A DNA stretch of 64,000 nucleotides, from assembly GCA_016928835.1 (NCBI GenBank), contig JAFGJW010000014.1, forward strand, positions 27,751-91,750. The letters run 5' to 3'. This DNA is from Candidatus Woesearchaeota archaeon (lineage in GTDB: Archaea; Nanobdellota; Nanobdellia; Woesearchaeales; GW2011-AR15). A program made the position numbers and the translations under genes. Shown one piece after another: positions 46,776-56,645 of the stretch; position 1 is the stretch's first letter, and each line of letters starts with the position of its first letter. The notes under the pieces were generated by a model. It was given only the letters and a program-made list of their open reading frames with translations. It had not been told where the DNA came from and made no database searches.

Positions 46776-48335
46776 TCACTGAACACTGAATCTAGGAATA
46801 TTAAACTGGTTAAAACTATTGTAGCAATTCATACTAACAGTGACTCCTGAGTAGATTTTATCTGATGGGCCCCATAGAACATAATCCCCTGGCTGAGGGT
46901 AATATGTAATATCCAGATTTCCCTCAGAATCTTCTGTTGTATTTGTCTGCGGAATCATTATAGTTAATCTACTTCTGTCTTCTGCAGTCACTGGCACAAG
47001 CTCTTCCCAGCCGCTGTTTTCAATATTGATTTCATAGCAATAATCGTTTGCTAGAGATATTTTATAATATTCATCTGTAGTAAAAGAAAATTCAATTCTT
47101 TGTCTAGCAGGGTCAACTGCGAGCGTGCAGCCATTATCATTAGTAAAATTATATCTGTTGTTCTCAGATAAGAGCACTCCAAAAACATCATCAGTGCTGC
47201 ATCTGTGTGATAAGTCTTTAATGATTACCAGTTTTTCTGTACTCCGGGACCTAAATGAAAACAATTGGTAAGTAATAGGATCAAAACCAGGTTTCTCTGT
47301 TGTTATCTCTCTTGTTATTGGCCGCAGCTCATTAATTGAGTAAGATGTTGTTAAATAATCATATATATCACCACTGACAAACAAACCAGTGCCAAAATCA
47401 TAATAAGCATTGTCAAAAGCAGTATACTGCTCATTAACTGGCACATCACCAATATTGAATGTTGCTGCAAAATAAGGATTATTTGTATTTGAGAACATAC
47501 CTGCAACAGCTCCAGATGTACTAGTCAGACTATCTAATTGCGTCCACTCAAGCCCGGGGCTTTTTGAAGCTCTGATCTGATTATAGTTAAGAGAATTTGG
47601 TTTGTTCTCTTGTGAATAACGCATTGTGATTTTAACAGGCTGACTAAAGACTAAGTGTTGTGGTGAGATAACATATACTCTGTTTCCAACTACCACCTCA
47701 TTGCTTGGTGAAAATCCGTATGATCTGTCAAGAATAAAGAAGCTGATTCTATCCACATGAGGAGTAATCTCAGTACCCGAGTAAAAAGTAAGAGAGGTGC
47801 TGTCATCTAAACTGATTGTGTGGTCCCTTGTTAATCTGCCTGCGCTCATAGGCAGCTCAAAATAATAGTTCACATTGAACTTTGTTGAGAATTCCCTTAA
47901 TTCAATTTGTGAATCCTGCTTGGCAATGGTTATTGGAAGCTCAACAGATACAATAATATTATTACTGTTGTCAAAAGCGACAGTCGTGCTGCTTGAAGAG
48001 TAATCTGTCACAATTTCTGCTCCAATCATTTCTTTTATATTATTTAAATCACAATCAGACAAATGATTGTAGATATATGTCTCATACCTAAATCTTGTGT
48101 CTTCATTATTTAAAACCCCATATTCAATATTGGCCTGCAAGGTTAACTCATTTAAACAATCCTGCATATAGCTCTCTGCCTGCTGTTTCACATTTGCCAG
48201 GTTTATGGTCTGCTGTGTCTCTTTTTCAACATCTTCTTTCACAGGTCTTGCTGCCAAATAAACAACTAGACCGACTACAATAAGAATAAGAACACCAAGT
48301 ATTATCAAAATCGTGAGCTGCGCTTTCCTTCTCAT
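46776..48335 (-). CDS. membrane-anchored surface protein, hypothetical
   Basis: 519 aa; N-terminal TM; Ser/Thr/Asn-rich extracellular region. Confidence 0.45.
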   Translation of the reverse strand: MRRKAQLTILIILGVLILIVVGLVVYLAARPVKEDVEKETQQTINLANVKQQAESYMQDCLNELTLQANIEYGVLNNEDTRFRYETYIYNHLSDCDLNNIKEMIGAEIVTDYSSSSTTVAFDNSNNIIVSVELPITIAKQDSQIELREFSTKFNVNYYFELPMSAGRLTRDHTISLDDSTSLTFYSGTEITPHVDRISFFILDRSYGFSPSNEVVVGNRVYVISPQHLVFSQPVKITMRYSQENKPNSLNYNQIRASKSPGLEWTQLDSLTSTSGAVAGMFSNTNNPYFAATFNIGDVPVNEQYTAFDNAYYDFGTGLFVSGDIYDYLTTSYSINELRPITREITTEKPGFDPITYQLFSFRSRSTEKLVIIKDLSHRCSTDDVFGVLLSENNRYNFTNDNGCTLAVDPARQRIEFSFTTDEYYKISLANDYCYEINIENSGWEELVPVTAEDRSRLTIMIPQTNTTEDSEGNLDITYYPQPGDYVLWGPSDKIYSGVTVSMNCYNSFNQFNIPRFSVQ

Positions 48336-48455
48336 CTATGGATAATAAAATATATAGGGTATATAAAGATTTTCAAAAATAAAAAGATTTATATAGAGTT
48401 AGAATCATGTAAATCATATTCAGGATTTCAATCTAATTGTGGAGGGATTTTCAAT

Positions 48456-51400
48456 ATGAAAAAAAAGAATGCATTCTTTGCGGTATTTGTTCTCTGCCTT
48501 GTAGTTTCTTCAACTGCAGCATATGCACTCACATTCAGTGATGTTTGGCGTTTTGTAGTCAAGGTTTTTACAGGAAGGGACTTGGCTGGAGAGGCTACTA
48601 CAATACAGCCAATTGAGCTTGATACTCGGACACCTGAGGCAAGCTGTTCATGCACCTATACTTGCAGAGATGGGATAACAACAGGCCCTTGTGCAGGACA
48701 ATGCGGCACTTGCGATGGTGTTTGTCCGTATTGTGAAGGTATTGTAGACGGGTGGTGTGATATTGAATGCGAATTCTATGGCCTCACTTGCACTCAACCT
48801 GGACAAATGCAACGATGTATTGGCGGGGCACATTGCGGTGAGTTCTCATGTTGTGACTGTCCAAGTCCACCTCCATGTCCAGAAAATTACATTTATGTAA
48901 ACCATGGCCATACTCAAGATGTTATTGACCAATGCCACGCCCAGCCATTCTGGGCACCTTATACCTTCCCTTGTGATAATTGCAATAATGAAGGAGTTTG
49001 CATATATTGCTGTAAGGAGGCTCCACCTGCGCCATATTGCACCATGACGCTTGATAAATCCTGTGAGTATATTAATGGAAATTTCAGAGTAAGTGGTACA
49101 TATACTGTTGACTCTAATCTTGAGTGTCAAAAAGACTATAATATATTTAGATATGAAAATGGAGACCTCACTGTGGAAATTGCTGCCGGAAGCAGTTGGA
49201 GTAATGGTCCTTTAACCTTCCAAGGCGATGATGAAAATCCTACGCAAGATTACACATACCGAATCTGGGCAAAAGCGCAAGGAGAGTGCAGTGGTTATTC
49301 ACAATGCGGAAAATCATTATATATTACTTGTACCCTGCCTCCTTCATCAACAACAACAACCACACCAACTACTACTACAACAATACCTCAATGCAGCGTT
49401 GATGTGGATGCGTCATGTAAGGTAGGTTCGCCAGTACCCCCTGCAGTAGCATGGTTAGTTACAATGAATACAACATGGGACGTGGATCAGACACCGCAGT
49501 GGCCAAATCCATATATAAATTTTACATTGCAGCAATATATAGGATATTGGGATATCATATGGGAGAAAATCCTTGATTCTGGAACATATGGTTATGAAGG
49601 TTTTTACCCTTCTTCTAAATGGGTACAGATTACCCAACATAAAAATTTTAAGGTAGTTTCAAGAATCTATAAAGAAGACGGCAGTGTAATTCCCGGGTGT
49701 TATAATGTTACTTATGTCACCTGTCCGACATTGCCACCAACTACCACTACAACCCAACCACCAACCACTACCACTCAACCGCCCACTACTACAACACAGC
49801 CACCAACCACCACTACACAACCGCCCACTACTACAACACAACCGCCTACTACTACAACCCAACCACCAACTACCACCACTCAGCCGCCTACTACTACAAC
49901 ACAGCCACCGACTACTACAAGCACTTCAACATCAACCACAACAACAACGATTCCGTGCAAAGTTACTCTGAGCATAGAGTGCATCCAAACAGGATATCCA
50001 AATTATGAGATAAGAGGAACAACTTGGTGTAAATATTTATGTGGGGATTATACCAATGTAAGTGTTTCATATGGGTTATTCAATGATATAAACAAGAATG
50101 TTAATGCATTACCTCCAATTCCAGGAGACTGGGATTTCGGGCCATTTGCATGCGATTGTGCAGGACCATCTCCAGATGCGGACCATGATTTCAGTTTTGT
50201 TACAAATCAAGCTGGATGGTACTCAGGAATTAGCCATGTGCACCACCCAGACACAAGGTACCAGCCAAATGGGTTTTTCGGGTGGCTGGCAGGATTATTC
50301 AGGAGAACAGAACAAATACAACCAGTCCCTCCTGAATGCATTGCTATTGATGTAACAGAATGCATACCCTATGTGACCACAACAAGTATGAGTACAACAT
50401 CAACAAGCACAACATCCAGCAGCACTACAACAAGCTCGACCACAACAACTACTGTGCCTTGCTTTGTTGATCTGGAAGCTGTGTGTGATTGTCCTGAGTT
50501 TGTTGACAATGATGTAGTGTTCCCAACTTCAGCATTTATATTTGATTGCACAAATAATTTTGATGTAGATTGTGAAGATGACGATAACCATGATATTCTT
50601 GATATACTAAGAGATTGCAGCGGTATTACTAATGTTTCAATTAATGTTGATAAGAAATGCGGTGGCCAATGGGCAACCCGCGCTGTGTATGTGGGATGGC
50701 ACAATTTGACACCTGAGAATTATGAGTATTTAACTAAAGTTGACCTTACATATATTGAAGAAAAATCAACTACTGGAAAATATCTTATACAGATTTACAC
50801 AGATTACTCTGGTGCATATCAATGGGAATACCTGTGTGATGAATTTGGTACCTATGGCACAACATGCGATCAACCATTTAACTTAACTCAGTATTGGGAC
50901 AGAGATGAATTAAGCCTTGCTAAAATACGAGTATTAGCTGTACACCCTTCTGGTAGTTTCAATTACTATTCAGGGGCAGAAACTCCAAGTGATGAAAATT
51001 ATACAAACTGCTATGAACCACATGCTCAGGGCATGGGCGGGGGTATTCAGTGTCATTCTTATTCCAACTGTGTGTTTGTGAATGTCAGCTACTGCCCATA
51101 TTATGAGATAAGAGGCAACATAACATGGGATTACTTAGAAGACTCAAATACACATGTCTCTATTCCGCCGTCCAGCCCGTATCTATGGGATGAGTGGCTG
51201 GATACACTAAGTGAGTGCAACCAATATATATACCAATACTGCAATGTTTTCACAGCAGAGGGATTTGATATTGAGCCTGGAGATTTCTATGATGTGTATG
51301 GACAAGTGCATTACAATGGCCCAATACCATTATGCGATGACCTGGCAACTGTATGGTGCGAAGCACCTGATATCACGACAACCACGACTCTGCCTTCAAC

Positions 51401-52154
51401 TACAACAACTACCCCACCAACAACCACTACTACATATCCAACTACCACTTCATCAACTACAACAATTACTCAAATTAGCACTACAACCTCCACAACAACA
51501 ACCACAGGCCCATGTGGATATACCCCTGGTGGATGGGGAACTGATTGTCCAAATCCTGACCCTTGTGCGCAAACTAGTCAACCAGGATGCCTAAGGGACT
51601 GCTATTGGCTGCAGGCTTTCCCAAATTCCCCTCATGACTTTGTGATTGGAGATGGAAACCAGCCAGGAGGATACACTGTAACATTCAATATTGATGATGA
51701 ACCCTATTACGGACAGAATGTTGCTGACTTCCTGCCATCACAAGCAACAGGTCCTGCATCATGCCTTTATAAAGATTGGACAAATCCCAAGTATTATGAA
51801 GACATTGGCACTGGACAGTTTATAGACAATCTCGCAGCAGCCAAGCTTAATCTGGTGTATTCAGATGCTGGAGCAACACCACCTGGATTTGGTGACATAA
51901 TTGTCACTTTCCAAGGCAATCAAATGACAGCACGTGATTTCATTGCGATAGCTGAAGGAATCATTAGCTGTAGACAGGAAAACTGTTGTTATGACAAAGC
52001 AACGATGGTTGAGGCAAGTGAAGTGTGTGATTATCTAAATAATGATTTCCATTGTGATGAGGGGCTTGAGATAACGCCTGCTGAACCTGCTGCTCGTCGG
52101 AATGTATTACAAAGGTTCTTTGGATGGCTGACAGCTTTGCTTGGGCCGCGTTAA
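48456..52154 (+). CDS. large secreted Cys-rich surface protein with PT-rich tandem linkers
   Basis: 1232 aa; signal peptide MKKKNAFFAVFVLCLVVSSTAAYA; (PPTTTTQ)n linkers. Confidence 0.55.
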   Translation: MKKKNAFFAVFVLCLVVSSTAAYALTFSDVWRFVVKVFTGRDLAGEATTIQPIELDTRTPEASCSCTYTCRDGITTGPCAGQCGTCDGVCPYCEGIVDGWCDIECEFYGLTCTQPGQMQRCIGGAHCGEFSCCDCPSPPPCPENYIYVNHGHTQDVIDQCHAQPFWAPYTFPCDNCNNEGVCIYCCKEAPPAPYCTMTLDKSCEYINGNFRVSGTYTVDSNLECQKDYNIFRYENGDLTVEIAAGSSWSNGPLTFQGDDENPTQDYTYRIWAKAQGECSGYSQCGKSLYITCTLPPSSTTTTTPTTTTTIPQCSVDVDASCKVGSPVPPAVAWLVTMNTTWDVDQTPQWPNPYINFTLQQYIGYWDIIWEKILDSGTYGYEGFYPSSKWVQITQHKNFKVVSRIYKEDGSVIPGCYNVTYVTCPTLPPTTTTTQPPTTTTQPPTTTTQPPTTTTQPPTTTTQPPTTTTQPPTTTTQPPTTTTQPPTTTSTSTSTTTTTIPCKVTLSIECIQTGYPNYEIRGTTWCKYLCGDYTNVSVSYGLFNDINKNVNALPPIPGDWDFGPFACDCAGPSPDADHDFSFVTNQAGWYSGISHVHHPDTRYQPNGFFGWLAGLFRRTEQIQPVPPECIAIDVTECIPYVTTTSMSTTSTSTTSSSTTTSSTTTTTVPCFVDLEAVCDCPEFVDNDVVFPTSAFIFDCTNNFDVDCEDDDNHDILDILRDCSGITNVSINVDKKCGGQWATRAVYVGWHNLTPENYEYLTKVDLTYIEEKSTTGKYLIQIYTDYSGAYQWEYLCDEFGTYGTTCDQPFNLTQYWDRDELSLAKIRVLAVHPSGSFNYYSGAETPSDENYTNCYEPHAQGMGGGIQCHSYSNCVFVNVSYCPYYEIRGNITWDYLEDSNTHVSIPPSSPYLWDEWLDTLSECNQYIYQYCNVFTAEGFDIEPGDFYDVYGQVHYNGPIPLCDDLATVWCEAPDITTTTTLPSTTTTTPPTTTTTYPTTTSSTTTITQISTTTSTTTTTGPCGYTPGGWGTDCPNPDPCAQTSQPGCLRDCYWLQAFPNSPHDFVIGDGNQPGGYTVTFNIDDEPYYGQNVADFLPSQATGPASCLYKDWTNPKYYEDIGTGQFIDNLAAAKLNLVYSDAGATPPGFGDIIVTFQGNQMTARDFIAIAEGIISCRQENCCYDKATMVEASEVCDYLNNDFHCDEGLEITPAEPAARRNVLQRFFGWLTALLGPR
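49738..49920 (+). repeat. ~8 tandem copies of a 24-nt unit encoding PPTTTTQP
   Basis: Direct tandem repeat read from the sequence. Confidence 0.6.
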
Positions 52155-52360
52155 TTATCTATTTTTCTTTAATTTTTACTTCTTTTTAGTAACAAAAAGC
52201 AAAAGATTTATATACTAGTTTTACTTACTTATTAGTAATAAAATGACACTTACAGAGCTTGTTCAAAAAGATGAACAGACAACTAATGTCAGAGTCCAGG
52301 ATAAGCTCATAGAAAGTGAATACTCAGAAATATTATGTTAACACCCCTCCGTGTTTTATT

Positions 52361-52397
52361 AGGTGGAGAGAACTTTTTCTAAATAACCTCTCCACTT
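52361..52397. other. 10-bp inverted repeat AGGTGGAGAG...(17 nt)...CTCTCCACTT between two convergent genes
   Basis: Read directly from the sequence; preceded by a small ACAC-CCCTCC-GTGT hairpin. Confidence 0.3.
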
Positions 52398-52471
52398 ATT
52401 TCTTATAAAAAGTAAGAACAGAAAAAGCTTTAGACATTAGCTATGTGCAATTTTTTAAACTAAAAAACTGT

Positions 52472-53998
52472 TTAATAATCACTAGGACCAGCACAGTAAA
52501 AAGGGTTAAGTGTATATAACCCTTGTTCCACACCAACTTGTAATATAGGGTCTCGCCGTCGCCGTGCGACTTCCAATGTTGCATATCCTAATAAAGCCTG
52601 AAGGCAAGGTCTAAGATTAGCTGTTATAAGTAAGTCCTTTTTCATTCCGTCACTTAACCCTCCCTTAATATGAAGATTCTGAATTGCTTCAGTGACCTGA
52701 CGGAGATACCGATCAAATTCAGTGGCTTGAAATCTACAAAAGTCCATCTTACTTCCTGATTTCACTACAACTCTTACATCATTTAAAATGGTTCTAAGGT
52801 CTTCTGCAGTTAGATAGGCTGCCATTTCAATATGTGGTCCCAATTCAGAAAGGTTTTTATCAGGGTATTCAAGATATTGCTGCAATGCCCTAAAAGGTTT
52901 TAGGAAATTATAACTTTCAATGCTCCTGTCAACAGCATCTTGTGTCCATAAACCCCATTCAGCACCCATATTTAACATATCACGATAAGTCAAATTTTCA
53001 TGCCTATCAACAACTGGCTTAATCCCCTCAGTGCTAGATTTATCAGTCTTATATCTCATTTCCATCCAAGGACCATACAAGAGGAGTTCATATCTCGAAT
53101 CAGGATCCCTATTACCAGCAGCAACTTCCTGTAGAATCCCTCTGACAAGTTTCGCATTGATATAGGAAGACAATACTTCATCACTAATCTCTCTCAGATC
53201 TGGAAAATAAGGAACTTCTGCTTTAACAGCCGCAGCCGTCTTTTCTAAAGTTGAATACAAGCCTTTACGCACTCTAGCTAATAGTCCAGCATAATTATCT
53301 ATATCTAGGGAGGCCGCAGGTGCAATTTCCAACCCATACAAAGATTGGAGACGCAATAGCTCTTGCTTTCTTCTCTCTTTTCTCTCTCGCTCAGTGCTAC
53401 TATCATACAAGCGGCAGTTTGATAATACACTTATCAGCCTATTTAATCCTTGTGACCTATGTATTCCGTCCCACACCCCCTCAGTTAAAAAACCCCGGGT
53501 TATTCCGTCATTAACAAGTCGGTAAGATGTTTCTCTATATTCTAGAGGAAAACAAGTTTCATCATTTTCATCCTCTGTACTCTGGGAAACAACTCCATTA
53601 ATTGCTCCATAAAGGTGATAAGCTACCTTATGCAAATCCATGGCCTTATCTGTGAATATCCCGTTCTCAATCAGGTCGGATAATTCCTCAGGGACAGTAA
53701 TTCCTCCTGAAGGATTCTTAAAGATATCTGGATTTGTTAAAGTTCTATCCCGGAAGAAGTCTGGAGTTGATAAAGCCCTGCGCAACACAAACAATGCCTC
53801 TTCAGCTTGTCTATATTTTTCTCCAAGACAAACAGCTTTCTGTGTAAAAAGCCCTCTTTTTATTCCTTCAGTATCCACTTCTTCATATTCATCTCCAGAA
53901 AAGTCTAATGTATGCTTCCAATTAGGAGCCACTCGTGAATAAAATGCTCTGATAAGAACTACATCCAATAGTTTCTCAACCTCAATTGCATTTTCCAT
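52472..53998 (-). CDS. hypothetical 508-aa protein, GC-richer than its flanks
   Basis: Long ORF; no confident domain. DGITRG / DGIHRSQGL segments vaguely resemble ParB/DGQHR-like DGQ(Q/H)R motifs. Confidence 0.4.
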   Translation of the reverse strand: MENAIEVEKLLDVVLIRAFYSRVAPNWKHTLDFSGDEYEEVDTEGIKRGLFTQKAVCLGEKYRQAEEALFVLRRALSTPDFFRDRTLTNPDIFKNPSGGITVPEELSDLIENGIFTDKAMDLHKVAYHLYGAINGVVSQSTEDENDETCFPLEYRETSYRLVNDGITRGFLTEGVWDGIHRSQGLNRLISVLSNCRLYDSSTERERKERRKQELLRLQSLYGLEIAPAASLDIDNYAGLLARVRKGLYSTLEKTAAAVKAEVPYFPDLREISDEVLSSYINAKLVRGILQEVAAGNRDPDSRYELLLYGPWMEMRYKTDKSSTEGIKPVVDRHENLTYRDMLNMGAEWGLWTQDAVDRSIESYNFLKPFRALQQYLEYPDKNLSELGPHIEMAAYLTAEDLRTILNDVRVVVKSGSKMDFCRFQATEFDRYLRQVTEAIQNLHIKGGLSDGMKKDLLITANLRPCLQALLGYATLEVARRRRDPILQVGVEQGLYTLNPFYCAGPSDY

Positions 53999-54191
53999 TT
54001 TTAATTGCTATTCAAATATAATCCTATTGCTTATAAAGCCTAACCATAAAATCAGGCCTTTAAGAGGGTTCAAACACAACTTATTTATATATTTTACTAC
54101 TTCCTAGAAACAATAAAGCTATAACGGGCTTGGTTTAATGTGTTGTATAGTGTGTGAAGGACTTTTCAAGCCAACTAGTTGAAAAAATATC

Positions 54192-55400
54192 CTATCTCCT
54201 TAGCCATATTATCTCTTCCTTATCTAATTGTAATTCCTCTGCTATATGCTCAGCCATTTGCTTATTCTTCTTAAAAATAGTCTCTACATAAGGCAAAGTC
54301 TCTTTCAGTGCAACATTTACAGAGGTGTGTGTGTTTTCTGCAATCTTCTCAGCTATTGATTTTCTTTTTGCAAACTTTCTATTGGCCTGCCATATCTTGA
54401 ATATGCGTTTCGGCCTGGCGTATTTAGTAAAACCATGATATTTTTCTATTTTTGATATGGCAACTCCGGCTGAGAGCAGATTGTATATGTACACCAAGAA
54501 ACGCCAGTGCTGCCATCTTCTAATCCTTCCCCTGTACACATCTGCTAGGCTCATATTCTCATAAGCTTTTGCTATATCTTCTGTTTTGGAATACTCTTTT
54601 GGCAGATTCTCATCCAGCCATAAAAAAATCTGTTCATGATCCTCTTCAACATTATCATATGCTTTTAAGGCAATTTCGGGATTAGTTGTTTTTAGCACCC
54701 TCATTAGTGCATTTATCATTGAATCAGTTTTTCTTCTTGCAGAGATCTCATCTACTGCTTCTTTTGACAGTGTCCTAGAATATTGAGCAAGTGTCTGCAG
54801 GTCTGTTATTGCCCCCCGGAGATCTCCTGCAGCATGTCTTGATAGCATAGTTAATGCCATGTCATTATACTTAATTTGCTCATTCCCGCATATGCTTCTT
54901 AGAACTGCCCTCACTGAAGTATAGGCTAGTGTCCTAAACTCAATCATTTCTGATTTTCTTCTCAATGTAGAAAATTTGGAATCCCAGGGATCATTAGCTG
55001 TAAATATTATTGGGAATGAGGTTATGCTCATAAGCCTATTTACTGTCTGAAGTCCTCCTCTATCCTTTCTGCCTGCAATTCCGTCAATCTCCTCAACAAG
55101 AATTATCTTTCCCTTTGAGAAGAGTGATTGCTGCCTAATTGCAGGCCCTAATTTCTGCTCAATAGCATCCTTATTACGGGCGTCGCTGGCATTAATTTCA
55201 ATAACCTCATAATCAAATTCATTTGCTAAAGCATATACTGCTGCTGTCTTTCCGCACCCAGTTGGACCGTATAATAAAGCTGCTTTATTCTTCTGTTTCC
55301 TGAAATTCAAGACAAAATCTTTTAATCTAGTAACTGCAGAATCCTGGCCTTGGATATCAGATAATTGTCTAGGCCTGTATTTAATCACCCACGGCTCCAT
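54192..55400 (-). CDS. rfcL: replication factor C large subunit
   Basis: PWVIKYRP...; Walker A GPTGCGKTA; clamp-loader AAA+ arrangement; archaeal RFC-L C-terminal domain. Confidence 0.85.
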   Translation of the reverse strand: MEPWVIKYRPRQLSDIQGQDSAVTRLKDFVLNFRKQKNKAALLYGPTGCGKTAAVYALANEFDYEVIEINASDARNKDAIEQKLGPAIRQQSLFSKGKIILVEEIDGIAGRKDRGGLQTVNRLMSITSFPIIFTANDPWDSKFSTLRRKSEMIEFRTLAYTSVRAVLRSICGNEQIKYNDMALTMLSRHAAGDLRGAITDLQTLAQYSRTLSKEAVDEISARRKTDSMINALMRVLKTTNPEIALKAYDNVEEDHEQIFLWLDENLPKEYSKTEDIAKAYENMSLADVYRGRIRRWQHWRFLVYIYNLLSAGVAISKIEKYHGFTKYARPKRIFKIWQANRKFAKRKSIAEKIAENTHTSVNVALKETLPYVETIFKKNKQMAEHIAEELQLDKEEIIWLRR

Positions 55401-55433
55401 TATATAGGAGAATCAAAGTTAATTTATTAAGAT

Positions 55434-56645
55434 TTAGGATTTCTTGTTTTTCATGAGTTTATAAAAGAAGTATATATTGAAGATAATAAGTAGTACAACC
55501 AAAATTGTAAGAACGGATATAGACCTAAATATTGATTCCTCTTTGCCTTGCATTTGTGACTGGCCGCCAATAATCCTTCCTATGCCGATAGTATCTATTC
55601 TATCCAGCGAGACCATAATATCAAATGTCTTTTTTGTGACTTTATCAGCATAATTAAGGACTACATCAACATAGTACTTGCCGACTTCTATCCCCTGCGT
55701 GTCCCAATAAGAGGTAATATTCATCTCTCCTAAAGGCGCAATATCAAATTCATGTATTTTAAAAGATGCAATCGACTGCTCATCATTTCTTACAACAACC
55801 TCTCCTGTCACTTGCCTCATATAGTCTGTCCATGCATTTTCCAGGAGGATATTAAGCTTGGCAATCTGTCCGAGCTGGAAATTATTGACATTCAATTCTT
55901 TTATCAATATTAAACCCTCTCCAATTAAGAAGTCTGTCTCTGCCTGAGCTGTCCTGTCATCATAATTAATTATTGCTTCTGCATGATACTTGCCTATGCC
56001 CACATTCGGCACCCATTTGGCAACCAGTTCTGTCTTAGCTTTTGAATTGACTGGTTTCTGATTACTATGTATGGTAGCTATTCTCTCATTAGTAGGGCCT
56101 ATGATCGTGATTGCGGCTTTTGCATCTGAGATATCTTCTTCACCATAATTAAACAATTCAACAAAGAAATTAATGCCCCCATCATCTGATTTCTCTGCCC
56201 TCAGGGTTGCCTCTGCATATTTGCCTGGGTAAGGAACTCTTACTTTAAGCTTTGAAATTACTGCAACACGCGCTCCGATAAAAGTGCCCTGAGCCTCGTT
56301 CTCTTCTGGAATCTCCATCACGATTATCTTAGTTTCGTGAATACCCGGCCTCCCGATATCAGCAGGAAAATCAATCTCGTAATTGTATGTCCTTTTTTCA
56401 TCCTTGTCTGTAAAGCTAACAAGCGAGTCATGCAGCGTGATATATTCTGCTAGCTCTCCCTCAGTATATATTACTGCCTTAAAAAATTCATTATTTGTAT
56501 TGTGTATGGTAAATTGGAGCTGCTGTTTTATATTAGGCTCAAATTCAATTTCTTTTATGCCTGGACTTATGCCAAATGCAAGTGTATCTTTCATTAACAT
56601 AATAAACAGCAAAAATACAACTCCTGCAATTATTCTCTTTTTCAT
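55434..56645 (-). CDS. secreted protein with signal peptide and C-terminal TM anchor
   Basis: N-terminal signal; C-terminal ILVVLLIIFNIYFFY helix. Confidence 0.4.
   Translation of the reverse strand: MKKRIIAGVVFLLFIMLMKDTLAFGISPGIKEIEFEPNIKQQLQFTIHNTNNEFFKAVIYTEGELAEYITLHDSLVSFTDKDEKRTYNYEIDFPADIGRPGIHETKIIVMEIPEENEAQGTFIGARVAVISKLKVRVPYPGKYAEATLRAEKSDDGGINFFVELFNYGEEDISDAKAAITIIGPTNERIATIHSNQKPVNSKAKTELVAKWVPNVGIGKYHAEAIINYDDRTAQAETDFLIGEGLILIKELNVNNFQLGQIAKLNILLENAWTDYMRQVTGEVVVRNDEQSIASFKIHEFDIAPLGEMNITSYWDTQGIEVGKYYVDVVLNYADKVTKKTFDIMVSLDRIDTIGIGRIIGGQSQMQGKEESIFRSISVLTILVVLLIIFNIYFFYKLMKNKKS

Noticed and set aside
52242-52340. 32-aa ORF (MTLTELVQKDEQTTNVRVQDKLIESEYSEILC) in the 52155..52471 spacer
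   Set aside because: It is short, has no RBS or promoter signal and no supporting feature. It is reported only as part of the structured intergenic region.
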